Notes under the pieces: generated by a model
Database searches by the model: none
Told to the model about the DNA's origin: nothing
The model's input: the letters and a program-made list of their open reading frames with translations, nothing else
In this document: piece by piece, positions 11,417-24,459 of the stretch
How positions within the stretch are numbered: the first letter of the stretch is position 1
How the letters are laid out: the number at the start of each line of letters is the position of its first letter
Translations under genes and position numbers: made by a program
Source: Eledone cirrhosa
Taxonomy: Eukaryota
NCBI GenBank assembly: GCA_964016885.1
Contig: OZ024746.1
Location: 64,232,001 to 64,296,000 of the forward strand
Reading direction: 5' to 3'
Length of the DNA: 64,000 bases

Positions 11417-12703
11417 CAGGGTGTGGACGATATTTGTTCACAAGATTACTGTCTAGGAAAAATTAACACAGTAGTTTTATTTTTTAAGATATATTTATCA
11501 AACTTGGGTCAGTTTGTCTTCATGACTTGTTCCTTCGATCTCACTCGATAAACCCGCCATTGGCTTTGATGATGGCCTCAAGGCGGCCTCAGAACCGGCT
11601 ACAGGCCTTCATCACTGTCCCCCGACTTAGGCCCCTAAAGGCACTTGTGATCCTGGCCTTCAGATCGTCTTTCGTATTGCAGCTAGATCTGCTGGTGTCT
11701 CGTTCCACTGCGCCTCACACAAAGAAGTCGAGGGGGTAGCAGTCAGGCGAGCTGGGAGGCCAGATGTCAGGTGAAGTGTGGTCGACAAAGTTCTCTGACA
11801 GCCAGGCTTGGGTCTTTCGGTTGGTATGGCAGGGTGCTGAGTCTTGCTGCCACACGTACGGCCTACCTGCAGCTACCTGGTCGATCCAGGGCTTTACTCC
11901 CTCACTCAGAATGCGGATGTAGCCATTGGTGTTCAGGTTGAGGCCCTCAGGGAAGAAGTGAGGTAGCATGACGTCACCTTGACTGCTGACGACACCTAAG
12001 ACCAATGTTGTCGTTGGAAACTTTGTCTGCATGACTCTGGGTACGTCTATGGATGAGACAGTGAGCCACCTTCTGGTCTTGGCAGAAGTTTTTCTTGTCG
12101 GAGAAAAACCACAGCATGTCTGGCTCCAGTGGGTGTTTCAACTTGTTGATCAGCTGCTTTGCGTGCTTCAGTCGCTTTTCTTGCATCACCTTTGACAGAA
12201 ATTGTCCTTTCCTCATCTTGTATGAAACGTAGCGAATGTCTTCATGTACCACCAGCCTAATGAGCTTTTCATCCACGCCTTTCTCCCTTGCAATGGCACG
12301 CATCGACTTGCTAGGTTCATTGTTGATGATATCCTGAACTTCAGCGACGAACTTGGGCGTTCTGAAGGCGTCAGATCGTCGATCATGTATTTCCCTCTCT
12401 GATGTTGCTTCGTAGTCGAATTCTGAATCTTCCAATTCCTTTCTGACCTTTTCCACCATTCTCCTGCTGAGGCTGAGAAAGTCTGAAATTTCCTTATTTG
12501 TCCTCCCGGCATGGATTCCAAGAAGAACTCCGTGTCTCTTCCACAAATTTGGAGGTTCAAAATTATTCATAATCAATTATTCTGAAAATAAATAATGGAA
12601 ATATAGTCACTGTTTTTATGAAGACAAGAGTGACAACGGAAGAAAAAAAAAATTGCATAAAATTAGCAGTTGAAAATTGCAAACAAATATCGTCCACACC
12701 CTG
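11417..12703 (-). mobile_element. Full-length Tc1/mariner DNA transposon, DD37D (maT) family
   Basis: 22-bp perfect TIR CAGGGTGTGGACGATATTTGTT at both ends, TA TSD (11415-16, 12704-05), 1287 bp. Confidence 0.95.
11541..12570 (-). pseudogene. Inactivated DD37D transposase
   Basis: HTH-like N-terminus, FSDKKNF, QQDSAPCH and WPPSSPDCYPLD, with 37 residues between the 2nd and 3rd D. Frameshift near 12050, premature TGA stops, C-terminus ..IIKANGGFIE*. Confidence 0.92.
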
Positions 12704-12774
12704 TAGATCCATGTATAAGTCACATAACATGTTCAGCCCATGCCAGTATGGTTTGTATGTATTTATGTATGAAA

Positions 12775-13105
12775 CCATAACTTCTGCTGGAGTTGTAGGG
12801 GCACTGTAATGTCATACAGTGTTCTAGGGCATTTTTTAAGGCCTGGTGGAACCCCTCCTCTCTCCAGGTCTGAACATAACTGATTTCTTCCAGAGAAAGA
12901 GAGAGTGTTAGTGAGAGGAAGTCAGAAAGAGATATAGAGGAAGAATCAACTCCAGTATAGGACTGGTAATTTGTTTTATCGACCTCAAAAGGATGAAAGG
13001 TAAAGTTGACATTGGCATAATTTGAAATCAGAGAGCAGAGAGATGAAACGAATACTGCAAAGCATTCTAGCTAATGCTCTAATGACTCTGCCAATTTGCT
13101 GCCCT
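12775..13105 (-). mobile_element. MetaSINE-like subfamily with long distinct tail
   Basis: Same structure as 20717-21110 and 50313-50615 (cctggagaggg..cttaaaatgcc..gcccctac.actcc). Confidence 0.65.
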
Positions 13106-13485
13106 ACTCAACATGTTTTAGTAGACATAGAATAATGATAGATAGTCCCTATTTCTTTTGTTTAACTGCAGTATTTGCTGATACTTTAGAGATTTAGTAG
13201 AAAGTTCAGCAAAGCAGGCAGTTACAACTTTTCCCGCAGAGCAAGTGGAAATACAATTTTTTTTTCTGTAAGAGACACTATGTAATATTTGAAGTATAGT
13301 ATAAACTTCTAGCATATTTGCTAAGCCTTTTATCCAATTATCCATATATACACTCACATATATCCACCTTCTGTCCTGATATATATATGCATAAATACAA
13401 TCCTGCACATACGTATATGTAATTATACACACACACACACACACACACATATATATGCCCCCCCCCCCCCGACATACATATGCAC

Positions 13486-13700
13486 AGAAATACAACCTTG
13501 CACATACATGTATTTACACACACAAATACAGCCTTGCACACACATGTATTTACACACACAAATACAACCTTGCACACACATGTATTTACACACACAAATA
13601 CAACCTTGCACACACATGTATTTACACACACAAATACAACCTTGCACACACATATATTTACACACACAAATACAACCTTGCACATACATGTATTTACATA
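13486..13700 (+). repeat. 36-bp minisatellite, ~6 copies
   Basis: Unit aaatacaaccttgcacacacatgtatttacacacac. Confidence 0.95.
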
Positions 13701-14080
13701 CATGCACACACACACACACACACATATGCATGCCTGTCCATCACCACACATGAACATAAATTCATCATTGCGCATGTACTTACACACATACACACACACA
13801 TGTATATATATACACATGGATTTTACACAGGGATATAGCCATGTGTATACAGACATGTGTATATAAATAAATAGGTCTGTTTTGATGGAACCAGCCTTGA
13901 GCAACACATGTAAGAGTTTACTTTTATTCTTGAATATGCACATGCCTACATGCCCCCCCCCCCCTACACACACATTTATATACATACCGATACACATATA
14001 TGCATGCACCTGCATGTTTGCAATTACACATACACACACACACAGTTATACACATACCCATACATATACATACACATGCA

Positions 14081-14163
14081 TATTGGGTCGTCAAGTATGA
14101 AATTTGTAGAAATTTGTTTTTTCTCTACAAATTTCTACAAATTTAATACTTGACGACTTAATA
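14081..14163. mobile_element. Ultra-short mariner-type MITE / hairpin
   Basis: tattgggtcgtcaagtatgaaatttgtagaaatttgt / acaaatttctacaaatttaatacttgacgacttaata with a 9-nt loop, TA-flanked. Confidence 0.65.
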
Positions 14164-14617
14164 TATATGCACATACCTACACACACACACACACACACAT
14201 ACACACACCTATACATTTACACACATACCCATATACAGACATATACATGTATGTGTGTGTATTCTGTATCTGACAGGAATGTTATTCTATGTTAAACTTT
14301 GTCTACTTTCTAGTACAATAATCTGTCCATTGTCCACTATAAATTGTTTATTTTCCATAAATCTTGCCTCACTAATCCGAAAAATATGTCCTCCCATTTT
14401 TCTTTCATGCACTATTGTTTTGCTTTAGTCTGTCTGTTTGTTTTTTGCTTTGCATCTTAATATGCTACAACTCAGATAATTGTTTGTGTGCTTTATTAAC
14501 GATAACAGATCTAATTTATTAAACTGTGCTACTAATGAAATCAGATCTAATGAATCAATTATTTAATGAGGCTCTTAAATGTCCTTACTGATATAATTTG
14601 TATTATTTGTTTTTGCT

Positions 14618-14651
<34 letters not shown>

Positions 14652-14911
14652 GCCCTAGGTCAGTCTTGATTAAGCAGATCTTTAATCAAAGGAATTACAA
14701 CTGTAACGATCTAGTCTTTTTGTATATCATGGACAACATTATCCAGTGTGTCCTCTTGTTAGAATGTTAGGCTGTTATGAGAGATTTAGTTTCTATTTCT
14801 AGTCAGGTGAGTGACCATATAGAGGCTTCCCTGTTGGCTCAGTTATGTTTTGTATCAATGCTATCTAAAATATGAGCTCATTCTTTACTTACCATTATTA
14901 CATCTCATCCA

Positions 14912-15093
14912 TACCCAAGGGTGGTGGATGGACAGTATTGGTACCCAAGGGTGGTGGATGGACAGTATTGGTACCCAAGGGTGGTGGATGGACAGTATTG
15001 GTACCCAAGGGTAGTGGATGGACAGTATTGGTACCCAAGGGTGGTGGATGGACAGTATTGGTACCCAAGGGTTGTGGATGGACAGTATTGGTA
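14912..15093 (+). repeat. 30-bp tandem repeat x6 formed from the SINE 5' head
   Basis: Unit tacccaagggtggtggatggacagtattgg. The last unit continues into an intact SINE body. Confidence 0.95.
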
Positions 15094-15780
15094 GAGCATT
15101 GATCAACATGCTTTGTAGCAAATAGATATGGCCTTTCATGTTCTGAATTCAAATCCTGCTGACGTTAGCTTTGCTTTCATCCATATGGGGTCGATAAAAT
15201 AAAGTACCAGTAATGCACTGGGGTTGATTTAATCAACTTTCCTCTCTTCTCAAACTGTTGGCCTTGTGCCTAAATCAGAAACCATTATTATGTCTGTACC
15301 AAGGGCGGTGGATTGGCAGTATCGGTAGAGGGTCGGACGCCATGCTTTCCAGCATAGTTACGTCCCTTTATGATCTGAGTTCAAATCCCGCCGAGGTTGA
15401 CTTTGCCTTTCATCCTTACAGGGTCGATAAAATAAAGTACCAGTAATGCACTGGGTAATTGCTGGCCTTGTGCCTAAAGTAGAAACAATTATTATGTCTG
15501 TACCATTATTATGTCCCGCCGAGGTTAACTTTGCCTTTCATCCTTATGGGGTCGATAAAATAAAGTACCAGTAATGCACTGGGTAATTGCTGGCCTTGTG
15601 CCAAAAGTAGAAACCATTATTATGTCTGTACCTAAGGGCAGTGGGTTGACAGTATTAGTAGAGCATTGGACAATATGCTTTGTGGCATGCAGTCACAGCC
15701 TTTACGTTCTGGGTTCAAATCATGCCAAGGTTAGCTTTGCTTTTCATCCTTATGGGGTCAATAAATAAAGTAATAATTAT
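15066..15780 (+). mobile_element. Stack of ~4 MetaSINE-like copies
   Basis: Copies separated by the reiterated target attattatgtctgtacc. Confidence 0.85.
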
Positions 15781-17475
15781 TACCACAGTGTCCAACCCAT
15801 GACAATGGGAAACAGCATACATAAAGTGATGATGATGATGATTGTGGTAGTGGTGTCTTGTACCTCTTAGCAAGTCACTTAACTCTGCTTATTCCATTTT
15901 TACCTGATTGATAAAATGTATTTCTACTATTCTACTATTCCATGTTTCAATGGTTAATTAGCTTATTTCAACAAAAATAAATGAAGTTCATAGAAATTAC
16001 AGGAAAACCCAGACACAGAAAATAACTGTAAATACAGTTGGTTGTTATAAATAGCTTAGACCCCTTATTGATGTAAAAAATGGGCCAGTGGTCACTATGA
16101 AGAACCAAACTTCATATCTTTCAGATACTGGATGATTACTCTAACCATTGATATTTTTATAGGATAAGCAATACTTAGCTTGCTTCTTAGGAATAGAAAC
16201 CACTGTCCCTAATGCAATTCTCAAATGAAATCAATGTGACACAATATGAAGTTAATAAACCAAGGCATTCATAACAGATTTAACTGAAGTAGCTGTTGAT
16301 TCATTAGTAGTCTGTCTCTCTCCTCAGACCAATCTACAATTTACTGCTTACTTCGAGTACACGCTTGCTTTACACTAAGGGTGGCTTTTGCCTTATCTTC
16401 TTCTTAAGTTGATAAAATAAGTACCATGCATACTACTGAAGATGATATAATCAAGCCAGAATAAAAAAGAGTGCCAAGGGGGCCAAAATGGCCAGTTGTC
16501 TAAGGTGGCATACTTGCCTTAACTTTTTTTATAAGACAAAAAAAAAATAAATAAATAAAAAATAGAAAGGTAGGTAGTTGCACTTAATGAATTAAGTCAT
16601 TTAGTGTAATAAAAAGACAGCGTTCTTATGCCAAACTGTTTTTCAAAACTTTCTTCTAATGATGAAAAATTCTCTGAAGTTTTTTAGCCTGAGGTCATAA
16701 GTTCTGTTTTGTTTCATTATTTTTTAGAATTCATAAAAGCAATTAATGCATCTTATAATAATTGACTTGTCTAAATTATAACACTATGCAAATAAAAGTA
16801 TAATGAAAAATGGAATTAAAAGTAAATAGTATTAAATAAATAAAGTGATACAACTGGAATTTAATGGAAGAAAAATAACAAAACTGTAAACTAAAAGCAA
16901 ATAATAATAATTAAAAATATTTCTTTTAAAGATAATGAAGGAAATTACATAAATATTTAATAAATAATTAAAGTATAAAATATTAAAATAGAATTATTAC
17001 TCATATAAATCTCCAAAATAAATAAATTTCTACTTTTATCAAAGTCGGAGATGCTAGTTGTAGATTTATACTCTTCTTTTTTTCAAATTGAGAAATAGGA
17101 TGAGATAAGATATTTAATATTAAATCACTATTGAAGCTGTGTAAATCTTGAAGTCCACTGTTGGTTTTAATGGAAGTGAGAGTGAGCAATGGAGAGGGAG
17201 AGAGAGAGAGAGTGTGTGTGTGTGTGTGTGTTAGAAAGAGAGAGCAATAGAGGGAGAGAGAGAGAGAGCAAGTGTGTATGTTAGAGAGAGAGAGTGTGTG
17301 TGTTAGAGAGAGAGAGAGTGTGTGTGTGTGAGATAGATAGTGAGAGAGCAAGTGTGTGTGTGTTAGAGAGAGCAAGAATGTGAGATAGAGAGGGAGAGAC
17401 ACCAATGGAGAGAAAGAGTGAGTGCAAAATAGAGAGAGAGAGCAAGAGTGATAGAGAACAAAAGAGAGAGACGGA

Positions 17476-17514
<39 letters not shown>

Positions 17515-18687
17515 TGAGAGACATAGCAGAAGAGAAGGCCATAGAGAAGGGATAGAAATTAATTATGAAATAAATATGAAATAGATTTTAGGAGATAAAA
17601 TGGAAAAAAATAATAGAAAACAACACATAGACTAGTAACAATTCATTAATGAGTGAAAACAAAATCTTAATGAAGAAATAAATAAAATATGATAACAAAA
17701 TTGCAGAAATAATTCAATAAAGAGAAACAGCAATATTAGTTTTAAGAAAAGAGAAGGAAAAATATGTTACAAAGTGAATAGACGACAACAAAAAAATTTA
17801 TTTTCTGAGAAAAATATCTGTGAAATCTTTTTGCTGGATAATAATATTTTATATTTTATATTTGTGTTTCGTCTGATATTGTCTTACACAAACATTTTTA
17901 TCAATATCTTCTGTTATTTTGTAACTGATACGGCTTACTCATTTTTTTACTTCAATTTATCATTTATTTATTTTGTTTTTTTTTGCGATATGTTTCCATA
18001 TGAAACTCACTTTTCTTTGATATTAAATATGGATTACTTTAAACTTAACCTAAATAAGCTATTTTTTTTTCAAATATCAGCTCAGTACATTTTTACATTT
18101 TGAGAAAAATTCTTTTTTTTTAAATTGTTTTCACCATTGCATGGGGATTGAAAGTTCTGTATTTTTTGGTTCTTTGATAAGAAAATTCACTGTATTTACC
18201 ATATCAGTGACATTAATTTTGTTGTTGTCGTTTTTTTCTTTTTTCGTCAAACAGGAATCTAAAATGACAAGATTTTTCAAGAGGAAACAGCAGAAAGCAA
18301 TTTCTTTTGTCAACTAAAACTGATGTGAGTTGCTATTAGTTTCTCTACTGAATTGCTGTCATGTGAGTCCCCTACTTTCAAATAAGGAAGAAAGTAAAAA
18401 GAAAATGATTGAATAGAAAGTGATTAGAAGATTATACAGAAATAGGTTTCCTTTCCATTATAAAAATATCCAATCTGGTTTATTTCATTTTCTTATTATC
18501 TTTAATGTCTTTTAATTACTTACTTTATTTCAATATATACGTATGTCATCATCATAGTAATTATTTTGAGTTTTTCAATCTAGCCAATCACATTACTACA
18601 CTTTAATATCTGGCACACACAAACAGAGATAGCTGCTCGACTTGCTAGAAATAGAAGTCAAACCTCCTTCGAAATAACACCTTACAA

Positions 18688-19153
18688 CAGGGGTCTCAAA
18701 CTACTTTCCTATGGCCTGCAGCAGAACAATTTTCAAAACTAATATTTTCCTAAAACTTGGTAATTTCTCCCTCACCCCTTACATAATGTTGCAGCAGCAG
18801 CAGTATTAAGTATTAAATAAATAGCAACCTATCAACTGTATTACAGAGGCAGTAGAGTCCCAGGAAGACCAAAAAGAACTTGGATGGAGGATGTCCGTTG
18901 GGAGCAAGCTAGGCTTGGCCTGCCTGGCCCAAGTGAGACCAGCGGACAGAAACACATGGAGTGGGACACTAAGGAGCGCTGTCATGCAGGACCCACCTTT
19001 ACTTAGGGATTAATTGTGTCCTGCATAATAAAAAACTGGATGATGACGATAACTGGCGGAAATTACTCCCTCCCCCTCATCTCACTATTGGCCTGCTGTG
19101 CCTCTTTCCCAGGATGCAAAGGCCTTTTTGGGTTCATGAGTGTGAGACGTCTG
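18688..19153. mobile_element. hAT-type MITE containing an RTE 3'-end insert
   Basis: TIR caggggtctcaaact / agtgtgagacgtctg, 8-bp TSD ccttacaa/ccttacag. Internal SRVPGRPKRTWMEDV + gatgatgac tail at ~18850-19050. Confidence 0.75.
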
Positions 19154-19319
19154 CCTTACAGTCTTAGAAAATGCCACAATGGATGATATGTTCATAGATG
19201 CACTGAGCTTAAGAAAATAATCACAGTTGGATTGCTGTTAATTATAGATTTATTTGATGATCAGGAATTAACTGTCTTAGAGCTAAACAACAACAACCAA
19301 ACAACCAGCCATCTTTGTT

Positions 19320-20200
19320 GTAATGCTATTTTCTGTATGTTGTAATTATTTGTAAGTCCTGGTGTTTTGTTTAAGTATCTGTCTGTGTATGTTTTTATCA
19401 TTTCCAGAGCACTTATTATTATAGGGATTGTTTCTATTTTTGTCATCCATATTCGGAGTGGAGTATTTCTATCTCCAGATCTTTATACTTGTATAATTTC
19501 TCTATTTTGAAAGCTATATTGTCATCTGTCGATACTGATGAATCAATTAGAAGGCATTTCTTTTCTCTGTTTTTATTTTTTTTTTAGAATAAATATCTGA
19601 TCAATTAGGATCTCCCAGTGTATGGCTGCTTTGATGCCTGTTGTGGTCTATACCTGTGCCATCTCTTTCTGTTAATAGCTTGTAGTGTAGACATAACTTT
19701 CAGTGTATATAAATCCCAACTCTGTCACGTCTCTGGATATATTCCTTTTTGGCTAAAATTGGACAGCCAGATACAATGTGGTTAATTGTTTCTTCTCCCT
19801 TATCTACCATCACATATTCTGCAGTTACTTAATATGTTCTGCTTTATTATGTTCTTTTGGTGGATTCTTGTGTCTGTTGTGCGTGTGTGTTATAAGTGGG
19901 AGGGAAGTTTCTTGAACTGCAATTAAGAATCCTTAGGGCTTGGCTTTGAGTCCAGCACTTTATAGCCACTGTTGCAAATTTTGCTTGCCTTCTTCATCTT
20001 TATTCAGTTTTTTCAGATAATGGCCACATAGGAGGTTTTCTTGCCACCACTTCAGAATGGTATTCTGGCAATCTGTTTCCTTGCCATCGCTCTAGCATGG
20101 CATTCTAGTGATCCATTTTCAATTTAGATTTTAACACTTGCACCATTTCCATTGTTTTTGTCTTTATTTTCTTCATAACAACTTGATTGAGCTGCAGTCT
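19320..20200 (-). mobile_element. Decayed R4/Dong-like non-LTR retrotransposon C-terminus (CCHC + restriction-like endonuclease)
   Basis: Minus strand: CRIC..ETINHIVSGCPILAKKEY..DRVG, YKDLEIEI, TIPIIISAL..IQKIAL. Confidence 0.75.
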
Positions 20201-20716
20201 TGGATCAAGTAAAGAACTGTCAGTTCAAGACAAATTTTACTGGTATGGAGCACTGTCAGACAGGCTAATCCAAGCTGTATGCAGAACAATTAAACTGTTC
20301 TATATACTCCCACCAAGTGTCTTTACATTGCTGACTAGTGGAGTTTTGTTGTTATGTGTAGGACAGTTACAGCTGTTAGCCAACCCTATCGTGAAGGTCT
20401 CCCCACTGCCTCATTTTGGACAAGAAGGGCAAACAGTTATCCTCTGTCTAGTGTCTATAGTAAAAGAGGTTGTGTAGTAGACAAGGCTGAACAAACTGAC
20501 AGATACATTCCTCTTCAGCCAAGCCCTCATTGACTTCTTCAAGTTACACTTGGAAAGGAATGTGAGCGTGGAAATGGAATTGCTTCCCCCACCCCAGTAT
20601 ATTTGTTAAAAGATGAGTAAATGTAGTGAGAATGGTATTGGTGAATGTATCTATTTTAACCATGTGTCTATAGGCTGGAAAGAATAGAGGATAGAAGGGC
20701 ATTTGCCTTGGTAATT

Positions 20717-21110
20717 AAGGTGGTGAATTGGCAAAGTCATTAAAACATCAGATAGAATGCTTTGTGGTATTCAATCTGAACTCGACAGGATTTGAACTTA
20801 GAGAGCAGGGAACCAGATTGAATACCACAAAGCATTCTATCTGGTACCCTGCTCTCTAAGTTCAAATCCTGTCGAGTTCAACTTTGATTTTCATCCTTTC
20901 AAGGTCAATAAAATAGTATGAGTCTAGTATTGGGATAGATTCTTCCTCGACATCTCTTTCTCACTTTCTCTCACTTCCTCTCCTTCTGTGGAAGACATCT
21001 ACTGTATTCTGACCTGGAGAGGGTTGGGCTTCAACAGGCTTAAAATGCCCAAGAGCCACAGTATACCAATATGGTTCCCCTCACGACTCCATCAGGAGTT
21101 ACAGAATTAT
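20717..21110 (+). mobile_element. MetaSINE-like copy with internal inverted insertion
   Basis: A(20749-20778)-inv[AB](20778-20843)-B(20847-20880). Confidence 0.8.
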
Positions 21111-21407
21111 ACCAAACCACTATACCATTCTTGGTAATTATGGTGATCTCAATTCTATGGGGTTCCTCAATTCACTCTGGGCAGTTCCCTTATAATTAGG
21201 AATTCCGCATTTATTAATTTATAGCTACTTTGATAACAGTTGCTTTTTCTGTTTACTTGTTTTATGTAAATCTCCACAGTCCCTGTTTATTTGTATTGTC
21301 TTTATAGTTTTGACCCTTGTGGCCAATAAAGAAATTATTATTACTCTATTACCCGTTCCAGCTGAGAAGCTAAGGCCATGCTAGGGCACCGGTATTATTA
21401 TTATTAT

Positions 21408-22052
21408 CATGGTGGATTGGCAGTATTGGTAGAGGGTCAGATGACATTCTTTGCAGCATAGAGTTATGGCCCTTTACGTTCTGAGTTCAAATCCCACCGA
21501 TGTTAACTTTGCCTTTCATCCTTATGGGTTGATAAAATAAAGTACCTAGTGTAATTACTGGCTTTGTGCCTAAAGTAGAAACAATTATTATTATCATCAT
21601 CATCAGGAGGGCAGTGGATTGGCAGCATTGGTAGAGAGTCACACGCCATGCTTTGCAGCATAGAGTTACGGCCCTTTACGGTCTGAGTTTAAATCCCGCC
21701 AAGGTTAGCTTTGCCTTTCTTCCTTACGGGATCGATAAAATAAAGCACCAGTAACGTACTGGGGTCGATTTAATCGACTTTCCTCTCCTCCCAAATTACT
21801 GGCCTTGTGCCTATACTAGAAATCATTAGGGTAGATGAATTTGCAGAATCAGTAGAGCATCAAACAACATGTTTTGCGGCATATAGTTACAGCCCTTTAC
21901 ATTCTGAGTTCAAATCCGCTGACATTAGCTTTGACTTTCATCCTTACGGAGGTCGATAAAATAAAGTACCAGTAACATACTGGAGCCAATTTAATCAACT
22001 TTTCCCTCTCCACAAAATTGTTGGTCCTGTGCCTAAACCAGAAACCATTATT
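21408..22052 (+). mobile_element. Stack of 3 MetaSINE-like copies
   Basis: Three head-core-tail units in tandem. Confidence 0.85.
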
Positions 22053-24459
22053 ATTCATCTTCTTATTATTGTTATTATTTTCATGATACAAATGTTTTTA
22101 CCGATGATAGGAATAAGTAAATTAAAGAAAACTACTTTAGAAGTGAAACAAAATGTTTTTGTACAGCATCTCTATTTTCTGTCAAAATGTTGCTCACGAA
22201 TGATATTACCATGTATCTCTTGAAAAAATAAGTACTAACCATATACAGGTATTAACTGAATCACCTACATCACCAACACTAAAATACACTTACTATGCTA
22301 ACAGAATCCTTCTTTATTATCGAGTTCTATTGCTTGAAAAGACAATAGCATATATAATTGCTATCTTTTCTTTCCAAATCTACAATTATTTCTCATAGCT
22401 AACATATCTGCTAAAACAGAAAGCACCGAGAAACATATATTATGCTTGGTATTTTTGAACAAATTATTTTCTTTGTGTAAAGTATAATACCTATTAACTC
22501 TTCTCCTCTCTTCAAAGTTTTTGTCGTCTGTCATATTTTGTCAATATCAAAATACATGAAAACATTCTTTCAATGAAAATATTCGTACATTTTCTGCAAA
22601 TCACAGTTTACTTGGTCATGGAAAGAAAAATAGTGTTTAAGGAAGAACCATTATGTGAACTTGATATTAAGTAAACATTTTAGGCATGCTTTTTTAGTTT
22701 TGTATTGGCTTCAATCATTTGACTGCAGTTAGGTTGAAGAAATTTAGTTGATCATAAAATTGACCCAATTATTTATTTATTCAAATCTGGTACTAATATT
22801 ATTAATCACTTTCTGTTGAACCGCTAAGTTACAGGACATTAACAAACCACAGACATACATGCACAAATGGGTTCAGTACAGCTTCCATCTACCAAACTTT
22901 AATCACACGAAATTGGTCAATCTGAGGTTATAGAAATGAACATTTGTTCAAATTTCCATGCAGTGGAATTGAACCCCAAACCAGATGACTGCAAATCAAA
23001 CTTCTAAAGCCATGCCTGTACTTCATTAATATAAGAATTTCTAGAAAAACTACCTTTACTTTATACTGAAAGGGTTATATATAAAATAAAGTTTACCATA
23101 ATTAGTAAACATGGCATGATAAAAAGAAAAGTAATATTGACAAATATCTCAATAACAATTCCAGGAACTCTTGATTCCATGGAATTACCCATATGGGAAA
23201 TAAACGACCATTGGATAGGATACACGTTTTTAATTATAACATTCTATTACCTGAAGGTTGTTGACCTGAAGTATATAAAACCAAGTATCCTGATAAACAG
23301 ACTCAGTGATAATCACAATGTGGTAATTTTTGCATCACTGGAAAAAAATTTAAATGATCTTCATTATGGCAAGAGATATTGCTATAATGATACGTCGTTA
23401 TAACAACAACAAACTCTGCATATGGGATAACGACACTCCATTAATAGAAACACTATATTTAAAAGAAGAGCAGAACATTTAATATCAACATAGGAATAGG
23501 AAAATAAAAATAAAATAAAAAATCTAGATTTAGGATCAAAGCTTATATATCCTAAATTTCAAAATTAAAAAAAAAATGAAAAACAGGAAAAAGAGATGAT
23601 TAAAATATATTAGAAATTATATTAAAGAATAATAGAGAATTATATTTAGTAATACAGCTTATAGATTATTATATTCGATATAAACATAGCTAATGTGGAA
23701 AAATGTTTAACTTTATTATGTTAATAAAATGTCGACTATTATAAACTCTATTAAAAGTTATGGAGATATCAGACATAATTATAATAAATTGTTGCTAACA
23801 AATTGTTTTTTTGCATTAATATAGTTGAAACAAAGAAAAAAATTTAACTTTATTATGTTAATTGTAGGTATAAATTCTATGGTTAATACTTATTTTATAA
23901 TTATTACTCAGTTAAGAGTGAGTTTCTACATGCAATATCAGAGTATATTATTAAATATTTGTTTACCAAGGATAAAGGAATTTGAGGTATGACAGGTAGG
24001 AAAGTATAGAGAATTTAAATATAATTCCTTAAAATCAGAAAAAATATATTATCTATAATTAAAGAGCGATAATTTTCAAAAAGACTTTACAATACTGCAG
24101 AAAAATACAAAGAAAGACTAAAGATAAAAAATAAATAAATTGGAAATGCATGAGGCAGACTGGTTGTTATAGCGATTTAATGCAAGCATATTTCAGACAT
24201 GTAGTCCATTTAAGGAGTAAAAACACATCAATCGTTCATCTTGCTTTGAATTATTTCAGTCTCACATTTGAAAAGAGGGTTTTGCTCCTGAAATATCATT
24301 TTGAAATACACTGGTTAAGATATTACTTTGTTCTGTTTTATTTGTCATCATTCACCTTTTGTAGTTTTCTACCACATTGTTTCCAGCTTTTTGAAAATTA
24401 TCAGTCTTTTATTTCATATCTCACAATGCTTTGTATTAACTACACTACTTGACATTATC

